A DNA stretch of 32,000 nucleotides from Cylindrospermopsis raciborskii Cr2010 (GTDB taxonomy: Bacteria; Cyanobacteriota; Cyanobacteriia; Cyanobacteriales; Nostocaceae): positions 1,140,001-1,172,000 of the forward strand of contig NZ_CP065936.1 of the NCBI RefSeq assembly GCF_003367075.2, in the 5' to 3' direction. Under the pieces are notes generated by a model, which saw only the letters and a list, made by a program, of their open reading frames with translations, was not told the DNA's origin and did no database searches. The position numbers and the translations under genes are program-made. This document shows positions 1 to 9,638 of the stretch, piece after piece (the stretch's first letter is position 1; each line of letters opens with the position of its first letter).

Positions 1-2
1 AT

Positions 3-116
3 GGTGCAGAATGGATGGGTCGTGATTTAAAAGTGAATAAGGCTAAACCTAAGGAAGATCGTGGTGGTAGTGGTGGACGAGGAGGTGGTTATGGTGGTGG
101 GCGTAACCGCTACTAA
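3..116 (+). CDS. C-terminal end of an RRM-type, Gly-rich RNA-binding protein (5' truncated by window edge)
   Basis: Manual translation of frame 3: GAEWMGRDLKVNKAKPKEDRGGSGGRGGGYGGGRNRY*, typical of the end of an RRM plus the Gly-rich tail of cyanobacterial Rbp proteins. Confidence 0.85.
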   Translation, partial: GAEWMGRDLKVNKAKPKEDRGGSGGRGGGYGGGRNRY

Positions 117-205
117 TTCCCAACTGTAGCAGTAATTTGTGATAATACCAGCTCATGCTCTTGCAGTGTGAGCTTTTTTCTCAACTACCACAATCAAATA
201 TCCCA

Positions 206-544
206 ATGAACTACCAAATAGCACGTAAACTATTAATAGATCAAACAGAAACTGCTCGGGATACCGTCTTAAACCGTCTCCAAAAGGGCAAATTGCCCAT
301 ACCGGGTCAAATTACATCTATTTTGTTAGCATTAAAACTTGTATTTGAATCCTTAAAGGATGTCAATACTATAGATAAAGAACTAGCCTGGTCACTGCAT
401 AAACTAGGCAGTAAGTGTTTAGAAATATTGACAATGGAGCTAAAATCTGACACTGAATGGCCCCCACTGTTAAAAGAGGACTTGCAAAGAATTACCCTAG
501 CAGTTGAAAGTATATTTTCCGGTACATGGGAAACCAAAAAATGA
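206..544 (+). CDS. Conserved hypothetical protein (about 112 aa; ORF track starts at 155, in-frame ATG at 206 gives MNYQIARKLL...)
   Basis: Open frame with helical, non-low-complexity composition; no family recognised. Confidence 0.6.
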   Translation: MNYQIARKLLIDQTETARDTVLNRLQKGKLPIPGQITSILLALKLVFESLKDVNTIDKELAWSLHKLGSKCLEILTMELKSDTEWPPLLKEDLQRITLAVESIFSGTWETKK

Positions 545-546
545 GG

Positions 547-1578
547 TCAATGGGGGACAATAGCTACCTTAATTGCCAGACGTGCTTTCATATCGTTAAG
601 CGCCTGTTCTAAATCTTCTAGGGGAGCTTGGTTACTAATTAATAACTCAAAAGCAATTCTCCGACTTTCTATAAGAGAGAGAGCATCCCTAACATATTTA
701 GGAGTATTGTGAAAAACACCTTTTACAGTTAATTCATCATAATGAAGCTGTTCGGTATTGATATTAATGCTAGTGTCTTTAGGACAACCACCAAATAAAT
801 TAACGGTTCCACCGGGACGGGAACAGGAAATAGCAGTTTCCCACACACTGGGAACACCAGTAGCTTCTATGACTACATCTGCTCCCCATCCATCCGTGAG
901 TTCCCTCACCTTAGTGGGAATATCCGTGACCTGATGATAATTAAAAATCCGGGATGCTCCCAATTGTTGACCAATGTGTAGACGGTGATTATTGCCACCC
1001 CAGAGAAATACCTGGGCTTGCAATTCCCGGGCCAAAACCCCTACAAACATCAATCCAATAGCTCCATCACCCAAAACAACCACTCGGTCATGGGGTTTAA
1101 TATGGGAGCGAGCTAATCCATGAAGCACACAGGCCAAAGGTTCAGTCATGGAAACTAGGGCCAAGGGTAATCCTGCAGGGACTCCCAGCATATTGTGTTG
1201 AACAATGGGGGCGGGTATTTTTAAATACTGGGCAAAAGTACCATTGTTCCAGGTAAGATTTGGACAAAGGGAGTATTCTTGTCGTTGACAAAAGAAACAC
1301 TTCATGCAGGGGGCGGAGTTATTGGCCACCACCAGCTCTCCTACATGCCAATTATCCACACCAGATCCAATAGCGACAATGGTACCCACGACTTCATGTC
1401 CGAATAATGTGGGAGGTGTCAACATTCGCGCATGACCGCCACGTCGCCACACTTTTAGATCTGTACCACAAGTGGTGGCAGTCTCCACTTTAATTACCAC
1501 TTCTCCCAATGCGGGGGTTGGGTCTGGTATCTCCTCTAATCTTATGTCTTCCTTTCCGTAAAGTAAAGCTGCTAACAA
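547..1578 (-). CDS. Zinc-dependent medium-chain alcohol dehydrogenase family protein
   Basis: CGTD, GHEVVG, structural zinc cluster CMKCFFCQRQEYSLC, Rossmann region VVVLGDGAIGLMFV. Confidence 0.9.
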   Translation of the reverse strand: MLAALLYGKEDIRLEEIPDPTPALGEVVIKVETATTCGTDLKVWRRGGHARMLTPPTLFGHEVVGTIVAIGSGVDNWHVGELVVANNSAPCMKCFFCQRQEYSLCPNLTWNNGTFAQYLKIPAPIVQHNMLGVPAGLPLALVSMTEPLACVLHGLARSHIKPHDRVVVLGDGAIGLMFVGVLARELQAQVFLWGGNNHRLHIGQQLGASRIFNYHQVTDIPTKVRELTDGWGADVVIEATGVPSVWETAISCSRPGGTVNLFGGCPKDTSININTEQLHYDELTVKGVFHNTPKYVRDALSLIESRRIAFELLISNQAPLEDLEQALNDMKARLAIKVAIVPH

Positions 1579-1623
1579 GTTTTCTCACTCCATCTATCTA
1601 AATAAATAACATAAATAACTAAG

Positions 1624-1714
1624 TAGGGAGGCACAATTATTTGTAGGATGCCCATGGGGGCGTTGGGTTTCATACTTCAACCCAACCTACGTTCATCTTA
1701 TATTTAATTCCACC
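1624..1714 (-). repeat. Dispersed palindromic repeat, copy A (minus orientation)
   Basis: Reverse complement reads GGTGGAATTAAATATAAGATGAACGTAGGTTGGGTTGAAGTATGAAACCCAACGCCCCCATGGGCATCCTACAAATAATTGTGCCTCCCTA; near-identical copies at 10531, 16047 and 24155. Confidence 0.85.
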
Positions 1715-2855
1715 TTCCCAAGGTAATCACCGCGTTTTGTCCTCCAAACCCAAAACTACAGCATAGAACATGTTCTACCCGACTTTTTTTTGCTGCTGTG
1801 ACCAAGTTTAAGTTCATTTCTCTGTGCTTTAGTCCCACATTGGGGGGTAATATTTGATTTTTGATGGCCATTAGGGAAAAAGCTACACCCAATGACCCTG
1901 ATGCTCCTAAGGTGTGACCAGTGGCACCCTTGGTGGAACTAATCGCTACCTGGGGGGGAAATAACTCTTGTATGATTTTACCCTCTATTTGATCATTGAT
2001 CTTGGTGGCCGTACCGTGGGCATGAATATAGTCTATATCTACCTCGGTCAAATTACTACGTTCTAAACATTGCTTGATGGCTAACATCCCACTTTTAGCT
2101 TGTGGTTCTGGTTTGTTACCATGAAAAGCATCTGCTGTCAAGCCAAAACCTAGGATTTCTCCGTAAATATTTTCTGGGGTTAACTGACGCTGTTCTATTG
2201 ACTCTTGAGATTCCAAGACAAACACTGCTCCCCCTTCGCCTAAAACTAAACCCTCTCGATTAATATCAAAGGGGTAAGCACCCGTCTTAGCCAAAGCTCC
2301 CATTTGCTGAAATCCACAAATAGTCAACGGTGTAATTGGAGACTCAATAGCACCGGCGATCGCCTGATGACATTGACCACTTTGAATCAATATTACAGCT
2401 TGAGCGATCGCCCAAATACCGGTAGAGCAGGCTGCCATTGGGGCTAAAACAGTTCCCAGACAGGAAATTTGTCTAGCAACTGTGATAGCATTCATCACTG
2501 GCAAACTATCCAACCAATGTTCCAGATTTGACCATGGCGGAGTGTCATTCATTTGTTGTGCCAACTTTTCCCAAGATGCTTGGTAACTGCGACTAGAACC
2601 GATAACCACCGCACAATCAGGTAAAGGGGGGGACAATTTAGCATCCTTGAGGGCCTGATCTACAACTTGGGGGGTCAAAATATTCAAAGATAGTGGTTGG
2701 TGATGGATTAAACCCAAGGGAACAGGTGCCAATTCTGGGAAGAGCTGGTGTAATTGAATGCCACTTTTACCCAAGAGTAGATTCTGCCAGCTTTCTTGCA
2801 AACTCATACCCAGAGAGGAAACTAAACCAATACCGGTAACAAAAACCCTAAGCAA
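1704..2855 (-). CDS. Beta-ketoacyl-ACP synthase (KAS I/II, FabF-like)
   Basis: Active-site motifs AACSTG, HAHGTAT, KGATGHTLGASG, GFGGQN. Confidence 0.9.
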   Translation of the reverse strand: MLRVFVTGIGLVSSLGMSLQESWQNLLLGKSGIQLHQLFPELAPVPLGLIHHQPLSLNILTPQVVDQALKDAKLSPPLPDCAVVIGSSRSYQASWEKLAQQMNDTPPWSNLEHWLDSLPVMNAITVARQISCLGTVLAPMAACSTGIWAIAQAVILIQSGQCHQAIAGAIESPITPLTICGFQQMGALAKTGAYPFDINREGLVLGEGGAVFVLESQESIEQRQLTPENIYGEILGFGLTADAFHGNKPEPQAKSGMLAIKQCLERSNLTEVDIDYIHAHGTATKINDQIEGKIIQELFPPQVAISSTKGATGHTLGASGSLGVAFSLMAIKNQILPPNVGLKHREMNLNLVTAAKKSRVEHVLCCSFGFGGQNAVITLGRWN

Positions 2856-2871
2856 TTTGAGATATTAATAA

Positions 2872-3579
2872 CTACTGTGGAAGTTTTAAATTTGCCAATC
2901 CCTTTGTAACCTCAGCCTGGTCAATTCTATCGCCTTGCTGAATTTGATTAACCACCTCAATACCATCAGTGACATAACCGAAAACTGCATAGGCACCATC
3001 TAAAAATCCTAAATCAGCCAAAGCAAAGTAAAATTGAGATGAAGCAGAATTAGGAGTTTGAGATCTAGCCATAGCTATGGCACCCAGTTTATGGGTCAAA
3101 ACAGGTTTTTCGGAAATTGTTTTGCCATAGACTGGCTCTTTTTGGCCTCGGGGCTTAATTTCCAGGGGGATGAGACGTTCAATGTTCAGTTGGGGATCCA
3201 TATACCCACCAGTTCCCAATCTAGCTTGGGGAAAGTTGGGATCTTTGCTTTGAGGATCACCACCTTGGGCCACAAAGGGTTGGGGGTCACGCACAACGCG
3301 ATGAAACATTAGTCCATTGTAAACACCCTTTTGAACCAGGTCTAGGAAATTCCCAGCAGTAATAGGAGCGTTATCACCATCCACTTCAATAGTAATAGGT
3401 GAACCCTTAACCGTCATTACCACAGTGGCCTTACCCACCAAACGAGGTAAATTTGTATAGTTTGGGGAAGCACTAGAAGCTATTTGACTGGGGGAACAAC
3501 CCGTAAATAAGACACTGCTAAGGATGAGTGCTAACCACAGAAACTTGAAAGATTTAAATTGGGGGATTTGAAAGTGCAT
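2872..3579 (-). CDS. Cyclophilin-type peptidyl-prolyl cis-trans isomerase, predicted lipoprotein (ORF track extends to 3714; likely start MHFQIPQFK at 3579)
   Basis: Lipobox-like LFTGC after a hydrophobic segment; cyclophilin motifs [28 protein letters not shown]. The upstream extension overlaps ycf4. Confidence 0.88.
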   Translation of the reverse strand: MHFQIPQFKSFKFLWLALILSSVLFTGCSPSQIASSASPNYTNLPRLVGKATVVMTVKGSPITIEVDGDNAPITAGNFLDLVQKGVYNGLMFHRVVRDPQPFVAQGGDPQSKDPNFPQARLGTGGYMDPQLNIERLIPLEIKPRGQKEPVYGKTISEKPVLTHKLGAIAMARSQTPNSASSQFYFALADLGFLDGAYAVFGYVTDGIEVVNQIQQGDRIDQAEVTKGLANLKLPQ

Positions 3580-3625
3580 TGACACTAACTCAACTATATA
3601 TAAGGTATGAGTATAGGACGAATAA

Positions 3626-4195
3626 TTAGAGTCCTTCCAAGGGAACGCCCAGAAAACGAGCCAATTGGGCCCCTTGAGTTTCCAACTCTGATAAGGATAG
3701 GGGTTGACCAACACGAGTCAAGGGAATATCCCTTCTCGCCTTGACCTTGAGATAAAGTGCTCGTTGAGGATTGAGACCTTCTTTAATAGAAATGCGAACA
3801 GACTGTATATCTCGTATAGAGCTTTCAATGGCAATTTGGCGGTCTTTGCCAGGAAACCCCCAACGAAAGATTTTGAACTTACCAGTTTCCTGATTAAATT
3901 CATTATAACCACCACCTACATCCCACAAAATTACTAGCCATAAATATAAGGCTAAAAGCATACCCGCTATTCCATATATTCCCATCACTAGTCCTTGAGG
4001 GACAAATATTAGCTCAGTTGCATCAGTGACAATCAGTAGATTAACTTTTAAATAGCTAGAAATGCTGGCTAATGAAAAGCCGGATGCTCCTAAAGTAACA
4101 ATAGTTGCCCAGGAGTAATTACTCAATCGTCGGGAACCGAGAACGTTTTGATGTAGGGAAATTTCACCTTTGTCAGTCACTGTTGATGATGTCAT
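3626..4195 (-). CDS. ycf4: Photosystem I assembly protein Ycf4
   Basis: 189 aa, two TM segments, characteristic [27 protein letters not shown] and the [16 protein letters not shown] region. Confidence 0.93.
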   Translation of the reverse strand: MTSSTVTDKGEISLHQNVLGSRRLSNYSWATIVTLGASGFSLASISSYLKVNLLIVTDATELIFVPQGLVMGIYGIAGMLLALYLWLVILWDVGGGYNEFNQETGKFKIFRWGFPGKDRQIAIESSIRDIQSVRISIKEGLNPQRALYLKVKARRDIPLTRVGQPLSLSELETQGAQLARFLGVPLEGL

Positions 4196-4581
4196 TTGAA
4201 ATACTTAAAGCTAGTTGCTCACGTAGGTGCTCAGTTTCCAGAACTCACCAACAAAACATCTTAACACAACGACTGACAATAATTATGTATGTCCCACCTA
4301 TTGCTCCAATATCAAAAACAAAATTTTCAACCCAAAATTTTCCATAATGTGATAAGTTAAGAATCATTAAGTTGTCATCACCTAAATAACCAGGTAGTGG
4401 CAACAGTCCTGGCATAATTTATGAGAAACACCCAAATTGAATGGTTCAATCTCATAATTTCTACCGTATACTGGTAGAGTCAAGACTCTAAAAAAACGTT
4501 TAATTCACCATGCTGAGGAAATAACCCTTCCCACAGCATCCTTAAAAACGTAGCAATTTTAGTAAACAAGAGGATTTTTCC

Positions 4582-5637
4582 ATGACCATCGCAGTTGGAC
4601 GCGCCCCCTCTAGAGGGTGGTTTGACGTACTAGACGACTGGTTAAAACGCGATCGCTTTGTATTTGTAGGTTGGTCAGGAGTATTACTGTTTCCTTGTGC
4701 CTTCCTAGCATTAGGCGGTTGGTTAACCGGTACTACTTTTGTTACATCTTGGTACACCCATGGTTTAGCCTCCTCCTACTTAGAAGGAGCTAACTTCTTG
4801 ACAGTAGCAGTATCCACCCCTGCAGACAGTATGGGACACTCCCTATTATTCCTGTGGGGTCCAGAAGCTCAGGGTGATTTTACCCGCTGGTGTCAACTAG
4901 GTGGTTTGTGGCCCTTTGTTGCTTTACATGGTGCCTTTGGATTAATTGGCTTCATGTTGCGTCAATTTGAAATTGCTAGACTAGTAGGTATTCGTCCTTA
5001 TAACGCCCTGGCATTTTCCGGTCCGATTGCCGTATTTGTCAGCGTTTTCTTGATGTACCCATTGGGACAATCCAGCTGGTTCTTTGCACCCAGTTTTGGC
5101 GTAGCAGCCATATTCCGGTTCTTATTATTCCTCCAAGGTTTCCACAACTGGACCTTAAATCCCTTCCACATGATGGGTGTAGCAGGAATTTTAGGTGGAG
5201 CTTTACTATGTGCTATCCATGGTGCAACAGTAGAAAACACCCTATTTGAAGATGGCGAAGGTTCCAACACCTTCCCCGCATTCAATCCTACCCAATCGGA
5301 AGAAACCTACTCCATGGTGACAGCAAACCGTTTCTGGTCACAGATTTTCGGGATTGCTTTTTCCAACAAGCGCTGGTTACACTTCTTCATGTTGTTTGTA
5401 CCCGTTACCGGATTGTGGATGAGTGCTGTAGGGATTGTAGGTTTAGCATTAAACCTGCGAGCTTATGACTTCGTATCCCAAGAACTACGGGCAGCAGAAG
5501 ATCCAGAGTTTGAAACATTCTATACCAAGAACATTTTATTAAACGAGGGTATCCGAGCTTGGATGGCGCCTCAAGACCAACCCCACGAACAGTTCGTATT
5601 CCCAGAGGAGGTACTACCACGTGGTAACGCTCTCTAA
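4582..5637 (+). CDS. psbD: Photosystem II D2 protein
   Basis: 351 aa; [33 protein letters not shown]... is diagnostic of D2. Confidence 0.99.
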   Translation: MTIAVGRAPSRGWFDVLDDWLKRDRFVFVGWSGVLLFPCAFLALGGWLTGTTFVTSWYTHGLASSYLEGANFLTVAVSTPADSMGHSLLFLWGPEAQGDFTRWCQLGGLWPFVALHGAFGLIGFMLRQFEIARLVGIRPYNALAFSGPIAVFVSVFLMYPLGQSSWFFAPSFGVAAIFRFLLFLQGFHNWTLNPFHMMGVAGILGGALLCAIHGATVENTLFEDGEGSNTFPAFNPTQSEETYSMVTANRFWSQIFGIAFSNKRWLHFFMLFVPVTGLWMSAVGIVGLALNLRAYDFVSQELRAAEDPEFETFYTKNILLNEGIRAWMAPQDQPHEQFVFPEEVLPRGNAL

Positions 5638-7006
5638 TAGATCCGTTGTAGGTGCTGGCCGTGACCAAGAAAGCAGCGGTTTTGCTTGGTGGTCAGGTAA
5701 TGCACGTTTAATCAACCTTTCCGGTAAACTACTTGGTGCCCATGTGGCCCATGCTGGTTTGATTGTATTCTGGGCCGGAGCAATGACCTTATTTGAGGTT
5801 GCTCACTTTGTCCCAGAAAAGCCCATGTATGAACAAGGGCTAATTCTGTTACCTCACCTAGCTACCCTGGGTTGGGGTGTGACCACCGGTGGTGAAGTTA
5901 TAGATACCTTCCCCTACTTTGTAGCTGGGGTATTGCACCTAATTTCTTCTGCTGTTTTGGGTTTTGGCGGTATTTACCACGCTGTACGCGGTCCTGAAAC
6001 CTTAGAGGAGTATTCCTCCTTCTTTGGTTATGACTGGAAAGACAAGAACAAAATGACCAACATCATTGGTTTCCACCTGATCATCCTCGGATGTGGAGCG
6101 TTGTTGTTGGTACTGAAAGCCATGTTCTTTGGTGGAGTCTATGATACTTGGGCTCCCGGTGGTGGAGATGTACGCATAATTACTAACCCTACCCTTAATC
6201 CAGCGGTGATCTTTGGTTATTTAATCAAAGCTCCCTTTGGTGGTGAAGGTTGGATTATCAGCGTAGATAACATGGAAGACATCATCGGTGGTCATATCTG
6301 GATTGCCTTTATTTGTATTTCTGGTGGTATTTGGCACATTTTAACCAAACCTTTTGCCTGGGCACGTCGTGCTTTTATTTGGTCTGGTGAAGCTTACCTG
6401 TCTTACAGTTTAGGTGCTTTATCCATGATGGGCTTTATTGCTTCTGTTATGGTTTGGTATAACAACACTGCGTACCCCAGTGAGTTCTTCGGTCCTACAG
6501 GTCCTGAAGCTTCTCAAGCACAAGCTTTAACATTTCTAATTCGTGACCAACGGTTAGGTGCTAACGTAGGTTCTGCTCAAGGTCCTACAGGTTTAGGTAA
6601 GTACCTGATGCGTTCTCCCACTGGTGAAATCATCTTCGGTGGTGAAACCATGCGTTTCTGGGATTTCCGTGGTCCTTGGTTAGAACCCCTTCGTGGTCCC
6701 AATGGTCTTGACCTAGAGAAGATCAAGAATGATATTCAGCCTTGGCAAGCTCGTCGTGCTGCTGAATACATGACCCATGCTCCCTTGGGTTCTTTGAACT
6801 CTGTAGGTGGCGTAGCTACTGAAATCAACTCTTTTAACTATGTATCTCCTCGTGCATGGTTGGCTACTTCTCACTTTGTGTTAGGTTTCTTCTTCCTCAT
6901 TGGTCACCTGTGGCACGCAGGACGCGCTCGTGCAGCTGCTGGTGGTTTTGAGAAAGGACTGGACCGTGAAAACGAACCAGCATACTACATGAATGATCTT
7001 GACTAG
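5621..7006 (+). CDS. psbC: Photosystem II CP43 protein, GTG start, overlapping psbD by 17 nt
   Basis: 461 aa; [53 protein letters not shown]...; GTG at 5621 inside the psbD 3' end. Confidence 0.99.
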   Translation: MVTLSNRSVVGAGRDQESSGFAWWSGNARLINLSGKLLGAHVAHAGLIVFWAGAMTLFEVAHFVPEKPMYEQGLILLPHLATLGWGVTTGGEVIDTFPYFVAGVLHLISSAVLGFGGIYHAVRGPETLEEYSSFFGYDWKDKNKMTNIIGFHLIILGCGALLLVLKAMFFGGVYDTWAPGGGDVRIITNPTLNPAVIFGYLIKAPFGGEGWIISVDNMEDIIGGHIWIAFICISGGIWHILTKPFAWARRAFIWSGEAYLSYSLGALSMMGFIASVMVWYNNTAYPSEFFGPTGPEASQAQALTFLIRDQRLGANVGSAQGPTGLGKYLMRSPTGEIIFGGETMRFWDFRGPWLEPLRGPNGLDLEKIKNDIQPWQARRAAEYMTHAPLGSLNSVGGVATEINSFNYVSPRAWLATSHFVLGFFFLIGHLWHAGRARAAAGGFEKGLDRENEPAYYMNDLD

Positions 7007-7046
7007 AATTTCCTAGTTTTGTATTTGAAGTGTCAGCTGAAGTGTT

Positions 7047-7075
7047 AGCCCTTGTTGAAAAACAGGGGCTTTTAT
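7047..7075 (+). terminator. Probable intrinsic terminator downstream of psbC
   Basis: AGCCCTTGTT (7047-7056), GAAA loop, AACAGGGGCT (7061-7070), then TTTATAATTT. Confidence 0.7.
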
Positions 7076-7105
7076 AATTTATGGGTCTACCCACCCACTT
7101 AAGTC

Positions 7106-8287
7106 TTAGCAAGTTACTACTGAGTTAAATCTTAAACTTTCCACAGTTTTCAAAAAATGAGCTGCTACTTCATCTATCTGTTCTGCCGTATTAAATCTAC
7201 CAATACCAAATCGCACTGAAGCATGGGCTAATTCTTCCGGGTATCCTAAAGCGGTAAGAACATAAGAAGGTGCAACATGATGGGAAGAACAAGCAGAACC
7301 GGAAGAGACAGCTACTACTGGTTGGAGTCCTAAGGACAGTGCTGCTCCATCAATACCTTCCACACTAATATTCAAATTTCCTGCTAGTCTTTTGCTGGGG
7401 TGTCCATTCAGGTGAATTCCCCCCACTTTAGATATCTGTTTCCATAGTCTTTCTCTAAGGGTTTCCAGGCGAAAATTCTCTGTTTCCTGTTCTTCCAGGG
7501 CAATTTCTATAGCCTTGCCAAAACCCACTATTTGGGGTGTATAGAGGGTTCCTGAACGCATCCCCCTTTCATGACCTCCACCGTGCTGTTGGGGTGCTAG
7601 TTTTACCCTAGGATTCTTTCTGCGGAAATATAAAGCTCCAATTCCCTTGGGACCATAAACCTTATGAGCGGTTAAAGACATTAAATCAATATTCAATGCT
7701 TCCACATCTAAGGAAATCTTGCCAATGGCTTGTGCAGCATCAGTATGAAATATCACTCCCTGTTGGTGACAAATCCTCCCAATCTCACTTAATGGTTGTA
7801 AAACCCCAATTTCATTATTGGCAGCCATAACAGACACTAATATAGTATCGGCACGTAAAGACTTTTCTAATTTTTCTAAATCAATTAGTCCATCTTTTTC
7901 GACGGGAAGAATAGTTAGTTCAAAACCTATGGTTTTTAAATATTCACAAGTGTCTAATACTGCTTTATGCTCTGTAGCAACGGTAACTATATGTTGACCT
8001 TTAGAAAAGTATGCTTCTGCTACACCCTTAATCGCTAAATTATTGGCTTCCGTTGCACCACTGGTGAAGACTATTTCTTCAGGAGTGCAGTTAATTGCGG
8101 TAGACAAAACTTCTCTGGTCCTTTTTACTGCTGCTTGACCTTCCCAACCGTAAACATGACTATTACTAGCAGGATTACCAAACTTTTCTGTAAAGTACGG
8201 AATCATAGCATTTAATACTCTTTCATCTAGGGGAGTAGTAGCATGGGAATCCAGGTAAATGGGACGAATGGACATATTTTCTCTCAA
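7106..8287 (-). CDS. Cysteine desulfurase, NifS/IscS family (likely start MSIRPIYLDS at 8275)
   Basis: PLP-Lys motif SLTAHKVYGPKG, catalytic Cys loop SSGSACSS, FTSGATEANN. Confidence 0.93.
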   Translation of the reverse strand: MRENMSIRPIYLDSHATTPLDERVLNAMIPYFTEKFGNPASNSHVYGWEGQAAVKRTREVLSTAINCTPEEIVFTSGATEANNLAIKGVAEAYFSKGQHIVTVATEHKAVLDTCEYLKTIGFELTILPVEKDGLIDLEKLEKSLRADTILVSVMAANNEIGVLQPLSEIGRICHQQGVIFHTDAAQAIGKISLDVEALNIDLMSLTAHKVYGPKGIGALYFRRKNPRVKLAPQQHGGGHERGMRSGTLYTPQIVGFGKAIEIALEEQETENFRLETLRERLWKQISKVGGIHLNGHPSKRLAGNLNISVEGIDGAALSLGLQPVVAVSSGSACSSHHVAPSYVLTALGYPEELAHASVRFGIGRFNTAEQIDEVAAHFLKTVESLRFNSVVTC

Positions 8288-8321
8288 CGATTAATTAAAT
8301 CAAACTACATCAAATTGGGTC

Positions 8322-8795
8322 TTAGTTTTTGAGTTCTTGCAATTTTTTTAATACTGTTTGGGCATGACCCTTGCTCTTAGCATTTGGCCAGGAATAGGCA
8401 ATGATTTTATCGGGTGCGATTAAGAAGGTGGAACGAGCAACCCCCATATATTCTTTTCCCATGAATTTCTTCATTCTCCACGCACCGTAGGTTTCTATTA
8501 ACTGATGTTCAGGATCTGTTAACAGGGTAATTGCCAGGTTATGCTTGGTGATGAATTTACAATGGGACTTACTGGAGTCTGGACTGACTCCTATAACTTT
8601 CCCATCCAAATCAATAAATTCTGATGCCAATTCGGTAAACTCCTTGGCTTCCATAGTACATCCCGGGGTGTCATCTTTCGGGTAAAAATATAGAACCACC
8701 CACTGATTGATCTGGTATAAGCTAACTAGGTTCTCATCTTGGTCTAGCTTAGCAAAATCAGGTGCGGGTTTTCCAATTTGAGGAATATCACTCAT
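8322..8795 (-). CDS. bcp: Thioredoxin-dependent peroxiredoxin, Bcp/PrxQ family
   Basis: YFYPKDDTPGCTMEAKEF peroxidatic Cys motif, KFMGKEYMGVARSTFLI. Confidence 0.9.
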   Translation of the reverse strand: MSDIPQIGKPAPDFAKLDQDENLVSLYQINQWVVLYFYPKDDTPGCTMEAKEFTELASEFIDLDGKVIGVSPDSSKSHCKFITKHNLAITLLTDPEHQLIETYGAWRMKKFMGKEYMGVARSTFLIAPDKIIAYSWPNAKSKGHAQTVLKKLQELKN

Positions 8796-8830
8796 GGTGG
8801 ATAATTAAGCAAAATGAGTAGGCAAAAACT

Positions 8831-9625
8831 ATGTTACGGGACTTCGCTAATCGAGAAGAGTTAGTAACTTATATACGGGAACAATTCCCTCAAGCTGCAC
8901 AAACAGGTGATTATATCAGTGGAACTTCTGGGGGTAGAAAAGCAGCAGTGGAACAACTAGAAAAGGTAAATGCTGTATTGTACGCAAAAACACGCAATTA
9001 CTTGACTGGAGCAGTAACTAGGTTATCACCCTATATTCGTCATGGTGTTTTGAGTTTGCGAGAAGTGAGGGAGTATATTCTTAACACAGTGGAAAATTCA
9101 GAAGATGGAAGCAAGTTAATTAATGAACTGGGATGGCGGGACTACTGGCAAAGATTATACATGAAGTTAGGCAAGGGTATTTGGGAAAATCAAGAAGAAT
9201 ACAAAACGGGTTATCACAGGGGAGATTACTCCCATACCCTCCCGGAAGATATTCAGGAAGGTAAAACTGGACTGGTCTGTATTGATAGTTTTAGTCAAGA
9301 ATTACGAGTGACAGGTTATCTCCACAATCATATCAGAATGTGGTTGGCAAGTTATATTATTCACTGGAGAAAAATTCAATGGCAAGCGGGAGCTAAATGG
9401 TTTTTGCAGCATTTGTTAGATGGAGACCCAGCAAGTAATAATATGTCTTGGCAATGGGTGGCTAGTACTTTCAGTCACAAGCCCTATTTCTTTAATCGAG
9501 AAAATCTAGAACGCTATACAAAAGGAGTATATTGTTCTCGATGTCCATTATATGGTAAGTGCGTATTTGAAGGCAGTTATGAGGATTTGCAATCAACCCT
9601 TTTTCCCCATTCCCCCCTAACTTAA
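8831..9625 (+). CDS. Cryptochrome/DNA photolyase-type FAD-binding domain protein lacking the N-terminal alpha/beta domain
   Basis: RLSPYIRHGVLSLREV, LGWRDYWQRLY, HNHIRMWLASYIIHWRKIQWQAGAKWFLQHLLDGDPASNNMSWQWVAST; C-terminal YCSRCPLYGKC. Confidence 0.88.
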   Translation: MLRDFANREELVTYIREQFPQAAQTGDYISGTSGGRKAAVEQLEKVNAVLYAKTRNYLTGAVTRLSPYIRHGVLSLREVREYILNTVENSEDGSKLINELGWRDYWQRLYMKLGKGIWENQEEYKTGYHRGDYSHTLPEDIQEGKTGLVCIDSFSQELRVTGYLHNHIRMWLASYIIHWRKIQWQAGAKWFLQHLLDGDPASNNMSWQWVASTFSHKPYFFNRENLERYTKGVYCSRCPLYGKCVFEGSYEDLQSTLFPHSPLT

Positions 9626-9638
9626 ACTTAATCCAGCC

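Noticed and set aside
3580-3714. N-terminal extension of the cyclophilin ORF
   Set aside because: It overlaps the ycf4 3' end and precedes a good lipoprotein signal beginning at MHFQIPQ; an upstream start is unlikely.
3704-4347. ORFs 3704-3937 (+), 3718-3915 (-) and 4105-4347 (+) around ycf4
   Set aside because: Mostly antisense or alternative frame to ycf4; no recognisable protein features.
4998-5668. Antisense ORFs over psbD (4998-5285 and 5405-5668, minus)
   Set aside because: They overlap a highly conserved PSII gene and show no coherent domain; best explained as shadow ORFs.
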